Translations under genes and position numbers: made by a program
In this document: piece after piece, positions 12,401-21,092 of the stretch
How positions within the stretch are numbered: position 1 is the first letter of the stretch
Layout: every line of letters starts with the position of its first letter
Source: an uncultured Clostridia bacterium
GTDB lineage: Bacteria; Bacillota; Clostridia; Christensenellales; UBA1242
NCBI GenBank assembly: GCA_947629745.1
Contig: CANREZ010000001.1
Coordinates: 15,300-79,299, forward strand
Reading direction: 5' to 3'
Length of the DNA: 64,000 bases
The notes under the pieces: generated by a model
Told to the model about the DNA's origin: nothing
The model's input: only the letters and a program-made list of their open reading frames with translations
Database searches by the model: none

Positions 12401-13104
12401 GCCTGTGTATCTATATGGTCGTGAGCAAGGGTCTCCTTCATGATATGGTTGTCGCCGAAGATCTCTAGTATCTTCTCGCCGGATAATCCAAAACATTTTA
12501 GGAAAACACCTAGACTGATCTTGCCACCTTTATTGAGTGACACGCGCAAATATTCTGGCTCACGCTCTCTCTGCTCTATCTCAAACCAACTACCACGAGT
12601 AGGGATGAGTGTGGAGTGATAAAGTTTCCTACCAGTCTTGTCTATAGTGTACTCATAGTATGCGCTAGGAGAACGAACGATCTGGGACACGACCACACGC
12701 TCAATGCCGTTGTAGATGAATGTACCCTCATCGGTCATATATGGCACATCTCCAAGGAATATATCCTGCTCGATGACCTCGCCAGTCTCCTTTAAAACTA
12801 GTCTGACTTTTACCTTTAGCGAAACAGAATAACTGCTTCCCTTACGCTTTGCCTCTTTCTTCGAAATCTTTGGCTTGTCATCTAGTGTGAAGCCCAAAAA
12901 ATATATATCCGCTTTACCTGCGTAATCGGATATAGGTGAAAATTCTTTTAGGACGTCACTGATTCCATGCTCGATAAAATTTTTGTAAGAGGTCTTTTGA
13001 ATATCAAGTAGGTACGGTATCTCCATCAGATCCTTTGACTTTCCGAAAGTGTAACGGACGTTATTGCCATACTTTACCTTCCTGACATTTTCGATATCTT
13101 GCAT
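9409..13104 (-). CDS. rpoB: DNA-directed RNA polymerase subunit beta
   Basis: 1231 aa. Conserved blocks seen: GRHGNKG, MNIGQ and GGQKFGEMEVWALEAYGA. The C-terminal tail is acidic. Confidence 0.98.
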   Translation of the reverse strand: MQDIENVRKVKYGNNVRYTFGKSKDLMEIPYLLDIQKTSYKNFIEHGISDVLKEFSPISDYAGKADIYFLGFTLDDKPKISKKEAKRKGSSYSVSLKVKVRLVLKETGEVIEQDIFLGDVPYMTDEGTFIYNGIERVVVSQIVRSPSAYYEYTIDKTGRKLYHSTLIPTRGSWFEIEQREREPEYLRVSLNKGGKISLGVFLKCFGLSGEKILEIFGDNHIMKETLAHDHIDTQADALIELSRRTRPSEIPNVEATKQFIFSQFFNEHLYRMGDVGRFKVDKKLSLANRLEGLVSADDIMAKKTKLIGAGETFTREIAYKVQNSGINEVWVLVDGKRHKMVGNNRVKLSEVFKCNEEELGIDQLVYYPVLEELLKEHKTKDERIEAIKANAGELVGTTATMDDLLATVSYFLDLNEGIGYCDVVDHLCNRRIKAAGELLRDSLFSGMMKLSTTVKESLHSHDLNDITPSQVLNARPINRAFKDFLAGHQLSQLMDEMNPLSSLAQKRRLSAVGPGGIKKDRATDEVRDIHHSHYGRLCVVETPEGSNIGLINNLATYAKVNKYGFIEVPYRTVDKSKEKHVVTNNIVYLMADEDEKCYIAQATEPLNEDGTFKNKYITARHMDTIMSVPADKIDYMDVSAKEIVSISASIIPFLENGEGGRALMGCNMQRQAVPLIRTEAPIVATGTEYRIALDNGSIHVAKNSGVVKSVDASHITILTDKGDLDEYELIKFHRTNQESCMNQKPIVKIGQKVKKGEVIADGYATCGGELSLGHNMLIAFMNWEGYNYEDAILLSERLVKEDVYTSICLKEEEIACRTTKLGDEEITRDIPNTGEEALKDLDENGIIRVGAEVTTGDILVGKVTPKGETEPTPEERLLRAIFGEKARDVKDTSLRVPHGIDGVVIDVQEFSRKNHDELDTGVNRLIRVIIAQKRKIQIGDKMSGRHGNKGTVSRILPVEDMPFMPNGQPVDIVLNPLGVPSRMNIGQVLETHLGLVCKSLGIKIATPVFDGVRETDIQHLLEENNFPSNGKIQLYDGRTGELFENPVTVGYMYYIKLEHMVDDKMHARSVGPYAYVTQQPLGGKAMMGGQKFGEMEVWALEAYGASKLLQENMTIKSDDIDGRDKAYKAIVEGNNLPEPGVPQTFKVLIKELQGLGLDVQLMTADGKEFKLSEFDQDTVQTFSEVSKPKEEMDEVSLDFEEQTTTEDIEGDESFDEGNLFDESLLFDDIDD

Positions 13105-13379
13105 AACCCATGCTCCTCACTTCAAAAAAATTTGCAATATTAAGATAAAAGATAAAGAAAAAACCTAGTAAAATCGTAGATTTTTTCCTCCTTTTTTCGC
13201 TAAAAAGACACTTTTAGCCCATTATGCATTGTTATTTTATCACACAAATTTATCCATTGTCAATGATAAAATCACTAATTATAGGAATTTTTTTGCGATT
13301 GTCAAGCAAAATTTTGCATGAAAATTAAAAAAGTTTATGCAGGTTGCACAAACTTTTTTGCATAATTATTAATTTTGCC

Positions 13380-14000
13380 CTACTTTGATGTTTCGTGAGG
13401 GTGTTTTATGACATATCTACTCTTGCGACCTTTCTTCACAGTAGCACGTGACCTACCTATCACGAAGTCCCCTGCCTCGGTGTCATCGGTGATCACCGAA
13501 CCCGCGCATATATATGTGTCATCGGCAATATTCAGTGGAGCAATGAGTATGCTATTTGACCCAATGAAGCACCTATTGCCCACAGTTATCTTGTGCTTTT
13601 CCTTGCCATCGTAATTAGCAAATACTACTCCGCAACCAATGTTGCAGTCCACACCAATTGTGGCATCGCCCACATATGCTAAGTGTGATACCTTCGACCC
13701 ATCACCTATAGTGCTATTCTTGATCTCAACGAAATTGCCAATCCGGCAATCTGAGCCAATATGAGACCCCTGTCTAATAGTGGCGAATGGCCCTACTGTG
13801 GTGTTCTCACCAACAGTGCTATCTATCACATTACTCTGTCTAACTACGCTAGCCCGGCCTATCACACTACCCTCTATATAATTATAAGGAAGGAGAGTGG
13901 CTAGTTCCCCTATCACGCACTGCCCCACAAGTACATTTTCCTTGTGAATAATAGCAGACTTATCCACCTTGCATTTATCGTCCAATATCTCTATCTTCAT
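13380..14000 (-). CDS. Left-handed beta-helix (hexapeptide) acetyltransferase resembling the C-terminal domain of GlmU, standalone
   Basis: 206 aa of hexapeptide repeats (IGxxxxIG pattern, e.g. VSHLAYVGDATIGVDCNIGCGVVFANYDG), similar to the GlmU acetyltransferase half. No N-terminal nucleotidyltransferase domain is present. Confidence 0.65.
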   Translation of the reverse strand: MKIEILDDKCKVDKSAIIHKENVLVGQCVIGELATLLPYNYIEGSVIGRASVVRQSNVIDSTVGENTTVGPFATIRQGSHIGSDCRIGNFVEIKNSTIGDGSKVSHLAYVGDATIGVDCNIGCGVVFANYDGKEKHKITVGNRCFIGSNSILIAPLNIADDTYICAGSVITDDTEAGDFVIGRSRATVKKGRKSRYVIKHPHETSK

Positions 14001-14035
14001 ATCTATTATCTATGCGATAGAGATAATTTTGGTGA

Positions 14036-15976
14036 TTAGATAATAGGCAGGATGAATGCTAGATAATAATCTTTTACAATCTCCGACTCTACTATGAGTA
14101 GTCGGAAGTTTGGATTGGTGCTCACAAGATTTGATATATCCTGTCTCTTTGTCTTACGGATTAGGATGTCATAAGAATTGCCAGTCTCGATAGCGCGTGT
14201 CATAATGGCCTTCATGTCACTATCTTCTCTTACAGTATAATCATTATAATATCCGTATTTATTTAGTGCTACACGACCATTATTTGTCTCGGATTTTGCT
14301 AAATGTGTGGAGGCGATATCTGCATCACTCACTAGGAAATATGCATGGGAGAGTGTGTCAATCTTGTCTGCACTAAATAGTCCACTACCAAGATTCACAT
14401 CAAGATTTGACCAAGTGATATCCACAATGTACCATTCACGCACACCGTCACCGTTTTTGTCAAGGGCTACTTTGTTCCACGCATGGCCGCCCCAATTATT
14501 TGGATTGCCTCGACCAGCCACTCCAGATATCTTCACGCAAGGGATGCCCAGTATATTCATCATGAATGCATATGCCTTGCTATATCCATCGCACACTGCC
14601 GAACCATCGTTGAATACTCCCTCTAGGTAGAAGCAATTGTACTTGGTAGGAAGATTGGTCTCGCTTAGATTATTGTACGTCGCATAATCGTATGAGGTGT
14701 TAGCCCCTATCCAGTCGAATACTGCAAGCGCTTTCTCATACTCAGTCATGTCGTCATATATGATAGTATCTAGCACATTTATCACTTTGTTATATAGCCT
14801 TGTGAGGCTACCAGTAGTGTCGTTGATGATAATTGGCTCAATGCCATAACTTACTGCCCAATATAGTTCCTCACTGGAGCTAACTGTGGCATACACTAGT
14901 CCTGTTGGTTTGCCCACTCCGTCTACTTTTGGACCCGAATAATTCTCATAGTATGGAGTCACGAGATTCTCTATCCTCGACTCTTGGTCTGACGGCTTGT
15001 GGCCGACAGTCGGCTTGATCACGCCGAAATAGTTGAATGAAATTTTTAGGATATTATTACCAAATCCCATATGTTCGATCTGGAAGTAACTAGTCTCTCC
15101 AATATTATCCATAGCAATGCGGATGTAATTATCCACAGCAGCCGTATTTAATGTGCTAAAGAATCCTGGCCTTATCACCACCTCTATTACATCCAGTCTA
15201 CTAATGAATGCATAGTAGACTACTTGATTCAATTCGTCTTGATTATTGATATACAGGTCATAGTACTTGTCGCCGAAGATAAAGTGAGTGCTAAGGTATT
15301 TATCCACCACATTGTCATCCTCGGTATTAACGTACACTTCGCTGCCGCGAGCGTATCTTAGCGTGTCATCTCCTACGTATTTCACAAGCACAGTTACTTG
15401 GTAGACCCTGTCTTTTTCCATCTCATCAGATAGGTCAAAACTAGTCTCCGTGCTCCTAAAATATCTAATATCTCTCCCGCCGCCGGCTATTGCAACTACG
15501 TAGTACTCCACATCGTCACTGGATATATTATTGAACATCAACACATCGTATATCACTCGTGCATTAACTGGTGTGACATTGGCTGATGGGGCAAACATTA
15601 CACTACTTATCTCCTGCCATCTACTGCTATCCACTGTGGTGTAGGCGTATGTGTGACTATCGTCAAATTCCCCACTAGGCTCAATTGCCCTAAGGTATAG
15701 CACATATTCACTCTCATCCGATGTGATGTATGGGCTAAAGTCAAAGGAATAATTCTTCTTGCCCCCATCGAATTCTCTCACCATGTGGTCATTGATATAC
15801 ACATCGTATTTCGAATATTTCTCCTCACCTGTCCAAGTGAGTGTAGTCTCATCCTTGATGAATAGTACAGAAAAAGTCGACTCGTCGTCATGAAAAACGC
15901 ATCCGCACCCAGTAAACGTGAGTGCGACAAATACAAATGATATGATGACAAGTAGTATCTTCTTGTACGTCTTCAA
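14036..15976 (-). CDS. Lipoprotein with a transglutaminase-like cysteine protease core
   Basis: It has a signal peptide plus lipobox (LTFTGC). A Cys...His...Asp core is seen as CDGYSKAYAFMMN ... GGHAWNKV ... VDITW. Confidence 0.7.
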   Translation of the reverse strand: MKTYKKILLVIISFVFVALTFTGCGCVFHDDESTFSVLFIKDETTLTWTGEEKYSKYDVYINDHMVREFDGGKKNYSFDFSPYITSDESEYVLYLRAIEPSGEFDDSHTYAYTTVDSSRWQEISSVMFAPSANVTPVNARVIYDVLMFNNISSDDVEYYVVAIAGGGRDIRYFRSTETSFDLSDEMEKDRVYQVTVLVKYVGDDTLRYARGSEVYVNTEDDNVVDKYLSTHFIFGDKYYDLYINNQDELNQVVYYAFISRLDVIEVVIRPGFFSTLNTAAVDNYIRIAMDNIGETSYFQIEHMGFGNNILKISFNYFGVIKPTVGHKPSDQESRIENLVTPYYENYSGPKVDGVGKPTGLVYATVSSSEELYWAVSYGIEPIIINDTTGSLTRLYNKVINVLDTIIYDDMTEYEKALAVFDWIGANTSYDYATYNNLSETNLPTKYNCFYLEGVFNDGSAVCDGYSKAYAFMMNILGIPCVKISGVAGRGNPNNWGGHAWNKVALDKNGDGVREWYIVDITWSNLDVNLGSGLFSADKIDTLSHAYFLVSDADIASTHLAKSETNNGRVALNKYGYYNDYTVREDSDMKAIMTRAIETGNSYDILIRKTKRQDISNLVSTNPNFRLLIVESEIVKDYYLAFILPII

Positions 15977-15985
15977 TCCTTCTCC

Positions 15986-16396
15986 TTATAGTGTCTTTAC
16001 GTGCTCAATATATCTATGCGGTAGCAATTCGTCTAGTGACACTTTCCTCTTCCCAGCATCGGTATCTATGATGATATTGATACTAGGTGCATACTCCGAC
16101 AAAAATTGTCTGCAATTGCCACATGGGGCAAGCACTTTGAAATCTTTTCCAATAACGCCTACAGCCACTATTGTGTCAAAATCTAATTGCCCTCTAGTGT
16201 AGCAACCCGATATTGCAGTCTGCTCAGCGCATATGGAGTGAATACCATCTAGATTGATGCCATAGACGATATCACCCGACTTCATACGTATAGCACACCC
16301 GACTGTATGCCTGGTGTGCCCGCGTTTATATTTAGATTTTATTATATTTTTCGCCTCTTCGATTAACATCTCGTCGGCTTTGGTCAAACTTTTCAT
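15986..16396 (-). CDS. cdd: Cytidine deaminase
   Basis: 136 aa with the zinc-ligand motifs CAEQTAI and PCGNCRQFL. Confidence 0.85.
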   Translation of the reverse strand: MKSLTKADEMLIEEAKNIIKSKYKRGHTRHTVGCAIRMKSGDIVYGINLDGIHSICAEQTAISGCYTRGQLDFDTIVAVGVIGKDFKVLAPCGNCRQFLSEYAPSINIIIDTDAGKRKVSLDELLPHRYIEHVKTL

Positions 16397-16406
16397 TTAT
16401 CCTCAC

Positions 16407-17879
16407 TTATGATAGTGTCAGTATCACTCGTCTCCACTCTTCTGGTGCGAATACCCAATAAGTATTTGGGTCAAGGTCACTTGTCTCACCCTCGGTGAGC
16501 ACAGCCTGACCTTCGTCGTCCACGTCAAATCCTCTGCGCTCTAGTATGAGGTCTCGGTGTGCTCTGGATACAGCCTGCACCTCGACTACCACCTCTAGGG
16601 TCTTGCCTGCAAATTCCTCAGTGAACATCTCCCCATCAAATGTGATGGAGTCAATTAGGCTGATTGCCTCGCCATAACCTAGATAATTTGAATAGTAGAA
16701 CCATCCATCATCGATGGTGACTGGGGAATTTAGCTCGGCTTCTTTATCAGCATCATATTTGATCCAATAATGAGTGCTTGATAGATTATTCGTGTCATCC
16801 TCAGGCACTTTTGGCACAACATGTATTGCACCATTTAGTGTCACTCCATCCATCTTGACTGATGCACGGAATCTTAGCATGAGTGGGTCACCTTCGCTGG
16901 ATATGCCACCCTCAATCTGCGCGCTATTCCTTAAGACAATATTTGGATTTATTGTATCCCCTGGGTTGATCTTCCTATTTTTGTAACTCGACTCATCTAT
17001 ATCATATTCATACCACGTGTCGCGATCAAAGTCCATTGTCACACTCACTTTTCCAGTAAGTGGCTCACTAAGGGTGCTTACATAGTAATACCATATGCCA
17101 ATTCCAAGGCCGATTAGTAGCGCCACAGCAAGCAGCAGTATCACTATGAATAACACGCCGGATTTCCTGCCCTTGACATCCGAAGCCTCGAGCAGCAACT
17201 CGTTCTTTAGGTCCCACTTCTCCACTTCGGAGAGTTTCCTATTTAGCTTCTTTTCCTTCTTCTCTATCTCAAACTTAGCACGAACGCCGACTGTCTGGTC
17301 AAGCCTTGTAGCACGTGCTCGGTATGCCTTTTGCGCACTAGATAGTGCCTCATGCAGGAGTGTAGTCATCTCGACTATCTCAGCATCGCCCATCTTTGCC
17401 ACTGCCTTCTCATTAGCACGCAAAAGCAGTGGTCTATAATCAATCTTCTCAGAATCGATTATTCGATCACATTTCTTATCAATCTTTAAATCCTTGTCGT
17501 AACGTGACTGATACGCATCTAGGGTATTAGCGAGTCCCAGTATCTCCTTCTTCCTCGCGTCGTCAAAGATATTTGCCTTTGGCTTCTCCGGTTTCTTTGG
17601 AGCAGGAGATTCACCCTTTGCAGGTTTTGCACTGTCCTTTTGTGCAGGTTTATTCTGTGCACTAGGACTACTCTGCGAAGGTGCTGGTGCAGATTTCTTC
17701 GTTGATTCGCGTTCCGCTTGCAATTTCTTTAAGCTGTCACTTGGCAGGATATTGCCTTGCTCGCGGTCACGAGACTTGGCATCATTCATCTGCAACTCAT
17801 TTAGCCTATCAAAGATAGACCCTGAGCCTGCGCCCGAGCCTTTACCCTTTTCTAGATCCTTGTCGTCTTTCTTTCCCAA
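16407..17879 (-). CDS. Single-pass membrane protein with a disordered Lys/Pro/Ser-rich N-terminus and an extracytoplasmic beta-rich domain (possibly camelysin/TasA-like)
   Basis: 490 aa with one hydrophobic helix (LFIVILLLAVALLIGLGIGIWYYYV). The C-terminal pattern INPGD...LEVVVEVQAV recalls TasA/camelysin-type domains. The family call is tentative. Confidence 0.5.
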   Translation of the reverse strand: MGKKDDKDLEKGKGSGAGSGSIFDRLNELQMNDAKSRDREQGNILPSDSLKKLQAERESTKKSAPAPSQSSPSAQNKPAQKDSAKPAKGESPAPKKPEKPKANIFDDARKKEILGLANTLDAYQSRYDKDLKIDKKCDRIIDSEKIDYRPLLLRANEKAVAKMGDAEIVEMTTLLHEALSSAQKAYRARATRLDQTVGVRAKFEIEKKEKKLNRKLSEVEKWDLKNELLLEASDVKGRKSGVLFIVILLLAVALLIGLGIGIWYYYVSTLSEPLTGKVSVTMDFDRDTWYEYDIDESSYKNRKINPGDTINPNIVLRNSAQIEGGISSEGDPLMLRFRASVKMDGVTLNGAIHVVPKVPEDDTNNLSSTHYWIKYDADKEAELNSPVTIDDGWFYYSNYLGYGEAISLIDSITFDGEMFTEEFAGKTLEVVVEVQAVSRAHRDLILERRGFDVDDEGQAVLTEGETSDLDPNTYWVFAPEEWRRVILTLS

Positions 17880-18285
17880 TATATTTACCTCAAATTATAG
17901 TTACACATATTGTAACAAAAAAAATGTAATATTCAAACAATATTTGCGCTGGTTAGGATAAATTAAACTATTTTTAATAATTAGCATTTATGCGCCCTTT
18001 TAGACTAATCGTCAAAGCCTTGCGATTGGATAAACATTTACCCATGTTTGAATTTTGTCACATATTGTCAAAAAGATGATGTATTTTGTCAAAAGTATAA
18101 TATCTATTTTTAGAAACTAGACTATCGATTCGATTATATTTTACTTCTTACATGTCGCAATCTTAGTACCATCGCCTCCTTATATCTTAATATTTAGCAC
18201 CTAAAATATATATGCAAGTTGCACAAATTTACAAAAAAATAGTGCGAAAAGTAGGCATTTTGCAATTTTTCGCTAAAATTAGGTA

Positions 18286-18314
18286 TTGACGGAAGTGAAT
18301 TTTTGATTTACACT
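18286..18314 (+). promoter_or_regulatory. Candidate sigma-A-type promoter in a 700-bp ORF-free gap
   Basis: TTGACG, a 17-nt spacer, then TACACT. A terminator-like hairpin lies about 75 nt downstream. Confidence 0.25.
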
Positions 18315-18385
18315 AAAAGTGCATTTTATATGTAGTGTATAAAGTGTTTTCCATTTTTATTTACCTATATTTTTATAGGACAAGA

Positions 18386-18417
18386 AGCACCAACTTTACC
18401 TAGGTGCTTTTTGTTTT
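18386..18417 (+). terminator. Terminator-like hairpin (AGCACC...GGTGCT followed by TTTT)
   Basis: A 6-bp stem is followed by TTTTGTTTT. No CDS lies upstream on this strand. Confidence 0.35.
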
Positions 18418-18545
18418 GTAAAAATTGGAGTGTTTACACTCCATATTTTGCAACCTTCCACAAGAATTATCTTTTTTTGTTTTGTCTAAAACAAGTATGT
18501 GTATATTTTTGTATACAACAAAATTATTTAACTTTTTAACATATT

Positions 18546-18574
18546 AAAAAATGAAGTGTAAAAATGCACTTCAT
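18546..18574 (-). terminator. Intrinsic terminator after recD2 (flanked by A- and T-runs, so possibly bidirectional)
   Basis: An ATGAAGTG...CACTTCAT stem lies directly after the recD2 stop codon. Confidence 0.65.
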
Positions 18575-18579
18575 CTTTT

Positions 18580-20877
18580 TTATTCGTCGTTATCAAAATT
18601 TTGGAGGAGTTTATCAAGCTGCTCGACATCTAAGTCGTCTTCCTGATTACTATTACTTGATGTCTTATCTCCGCCAAATATTCGGTCATAAGTCTCCTTG
18701 GTGTCTTTTAGGAAACGACCAAGCATACTATATCGCACTTGAGTGTAATTATTGTGCACCATCATGCCGATATTTTTCTTGCTCCCTACTAGCACCACCA
18801 TTTTCTTCGCACGAGTCACTGCGGTGTAAAGTAGATTGCGAGTGAGTAGCATATATGCACCTGACACAACTGGGATAATTACCACGTCAAATTCACTACC
18901 TTGACTCTTGTGAATAGTGATAGCATAGCTCAGCACCACCTCACTCATATCGTTTGGCATATACTGTGCCACGCGTCCATCCTCAAAGGTGATGGTTACC
19001 TCCCTTGTCGCACGCTCGATATGCGTGATCGTGCCGATGTCTCCGTTGAATACTCCGCTTCCACGCTCTCTATCACGTGTCCATACACGCTCGTAGTTAT
19101 TGGATGTCTGCATCACGCGGTCATACAATCTAAATATTATATCCCCTATCACTATCTCTTGCTTGTCAAGTGAAGTTGGGTTTAACACATCCTGTAGTTT
19201 GCGATTGATATTCTCCACGCCACACACACCGGCTTTCATCGGGCAAAGCACTTGAATCTTGGAACTATCACAGTGCAGGTAATTTGGTATACGCTTAGTA
19301 ACTAGTGCTAGCACGCTATCTAGCATTGCACTGCCGTCATCGTATTGCTCAAAGAAGAAGTCTCTACTTGCGTTAGTGAGTATTGGCATCTTGCCAGAAT
19401 TGATAAGATGGGCATTTGTGACAATAAGTGACTTGTCATCCTGCCTATAAATATGAGTTAGTGACACAAAAGGCACTACCCCACAATTTAGTATATCAGC
19501 AAGGACGTTGCCTGCGCCCACGCTTGGCAGCTGGTCTTTATCCCCCACAAGGATTAGTCTACAATTGCGCTTCAAGGCTCTAAGCAGGAAGTATGCTAGT
19601 TGCACATCCACCATACTCACCTCGTCCACTATCACCACATCATATGGCATTTTGTTTGACGCGTGGTAGAAGAACATATTTGGACTACTGTAGTCCACAC
19701 CCAGTGCGCGGTGAATAGTCGATGCGTCCGAATCCGTGCTCTCAGATAATCTCTTGCTAGCACGACCAGTTGGGGCTAGGAGTTTGACGGATAAATGCAT
19801 ATTATTGAAGATATTTAGTATTGCCTTGACAATAGTTGTCTTGCCTGTTCCCGGTCCGCCAGTTATCACACACACGCCGGAGTTTACTGCGAGTTTCACT
19901 GCTTCCTTTTGCGTGTCGTGCATCTTGATGTGATTCATTTCCTCGAATATCTTGATGTCCTCATCTACATCAACGGAAACCAAACTCTTTGTGAGAAGAT
20001 TATTTAGCAGTCCTGCCACATTTTTCTCAATATTGAACATCTTGTAGGTCATGACAACCGGTGTGTCTTCCACATCAAATAACTTGATCTGCATATTTAG
20101 TGCGAGCTCGTCTAGGATTGCGCCAAACTTCCCTTCATCACAATCTATTTTTAGTAGAGTTGCTAGGTCCTCAATCAGATTGGTCTTTGGGATATAAGTG
20201 TTGCCGGATTTATCGCTATTTTCTTTTAGCAGATGAATGATCCCCGCTTTGATCCTAAACGGACTATCTGCGTCTATCCCCATAGACTGAGCAATGCGGT
20301 CCGCTGTGGCAAAACCCACGCCCTCCACATCTTCAACTAATTTGTATGGATTGGTGCTTAAGACATTCTCCGTCCTCTCACCATAAGTATTGTATATTTT
20401 TAAGGCAAGATTGGTAGAAATATTATATTTTTGCATCATCATGATGCTATCTTGCATTCCGCGGATTTGCCCAAACGCACGGATGATATCCTCGGCTTTA
20501 TTCTTGCTAATACCCTTTACCTCAGTCAATCTATATGGGCTATACTCGATGATATCCAGGGTTGCTTTGCCAAAGTGATTAACAATATTTTGCGCAGTCA
20601 CTGGCCCGATCCCAGGGATTAAGCCACTACTAAGGTATCTAATTATGCCATCTAGGGTATCTGGTGGGGCGACTTTGCAATTCGTGGCAGAAAATTGCTC
20701 GCCATATTTTGCGTGCTTGGTGAATGATCCCACCATCTCGACATTTTCTCCCTCATTTAGGACAGGAAAACGCCCAACGGCGGTAATCATCTCGCCATTG
20801 TAATCCAGTATTATTACGCTGTAACCATTGTCGGGGTTGCGATAAATAATCTCCTCGACAACACCATTAATTATCAT
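18580..20877 (-). CDS. recD2: RecD2-type SF1B ATP-dependent DNA helicase
   Basis: Walker A GGPGTGKTT, a DEVSMVD motif, and the C-terminal SF1 motifs TIHKSQGSEF and LLYTAVTRAKK. The start is set at the ATG at 20877 (MIINGVVEEIIYRN, typical RecD2 N-terminus). The ORF track extends to a TTG at 20940. Confidence 0.9.
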   Translation of the reverse strand: MIINGVVEEIIYRNPDNGYSVIILDYNGEMITAVGRFPVLNEGENVEMVGSFTKHAKYGEQFSATNCKVAPPDTLDGIIRYLSSGLIPGIGPVTAQNIVNHFGKATLDIIEYSPYRLTEVKGISKNKAEDIIRAFGQIRGMQDSIMMMQKYNISTNLALKIYNTYGERTENVLSTNPYKLVEDVEGVGFATADRIAQSMGIDADSPFRIKAGIIHLLKENSDKSGNTYIPKTNLIEDLATLLKIDCDEGKFGAILDELALNMQIKLFDVEDTPVVMTYKMFNIEKNVAGLLNNLLTKSLVSVDVDEDIKIFEEMNHIKMHDTQKEAVKLAVNSGVCVITGGPGTGKTTIVKAILNIFNNMHLSVKLLAPTGRASKRLSESTDSDASTIHRALGVDYSSPNMFFYHASNKMPYDVVIVDEVSMVDVQLAYFLLRALKRNCRLILVGDKDQLPSVGAGNVLADILNCGVVPFVSLTHIYRQDDKSLIVTNAHLINSGKMPILTNASRDFFFEQYDDGSAMLDSVLALVTKRIPNYLHCDSSKIQVLCPMKAGVCGVENINRKLQDVLNPTSLDKQEIVIGDIIFRLYDRVMQTSNNYERVWTRDRERGSGVFNGDIGTITHIERATREVTITFEDGRVAQYMPNDMSEVVLSYAITIHKSQGSEFDVVIIPVVSGAYMLLTRNLLYTAVTRAKKMVVLVGSKKNIGMMVHNNYTQVRYSMLGRFLKDTKETYDRIFGGDKTSSNSNQEDDLDVEQLDKLLQNFDNDE

Positions 20878-20965
20878 TCTGCCACCTACACATATATTAT
20901 CACTTTTTAGCAATCTTTCCAAAACATTTGCCCCGTGCAAAATGAATTCTTGTATAAATTCACTA

Positions 20966-20994
20966 TTGACAAACTATCCTACTCATAATAAAAT
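20966..20994 (+). promoter_or_regulatory. Candidate promoter of the PHP-domain operon
   Basis: TTGACA, a 17-nt spacer, then TAAAAT, in the recD2/PHP divergent intergenic region. Confidence 0.35.
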
Positions 20995-21092
20995 AAAGTA
21001 TATATTTTAGAAAAATAATCTAAACAACGGTATAAATATTACTACAATTATCGATTATTAGACAAATGAAAAATTAGAGGAGGTCATCTGCA

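Noticed and set aside
1342-13104. There are many 60-140-aa ORFs nested in or antisense to fusA, rpoC and rpoB. Examples are 1342..1605, 2181..2555, 6044..6379, 8432..8794, 9419..9838 and 11358..11597.
   Set aside because: They lie inside strongly supported conserved genes. Their low-complexity Ser/Thr/Pro-rich translations are typical of antisense or out-of-frame reading. The same applies to nested ORFs inside ftsH, xfp, recD2, the ABC genes and others.
13337-13353. The 17-mer TATGCA(G/A)GTTGCACAAA is shared by the rpoB upstream region and 18213-18229. Looser TGCA..TGCA motifs occur at 27005 and 40720.
   Set aside because: A 16/17 match between two sites in 64 kb of AT-rich DNA, counted on both strands, is expected by chance many times over. 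Without more copies it is not evidence for an operator.
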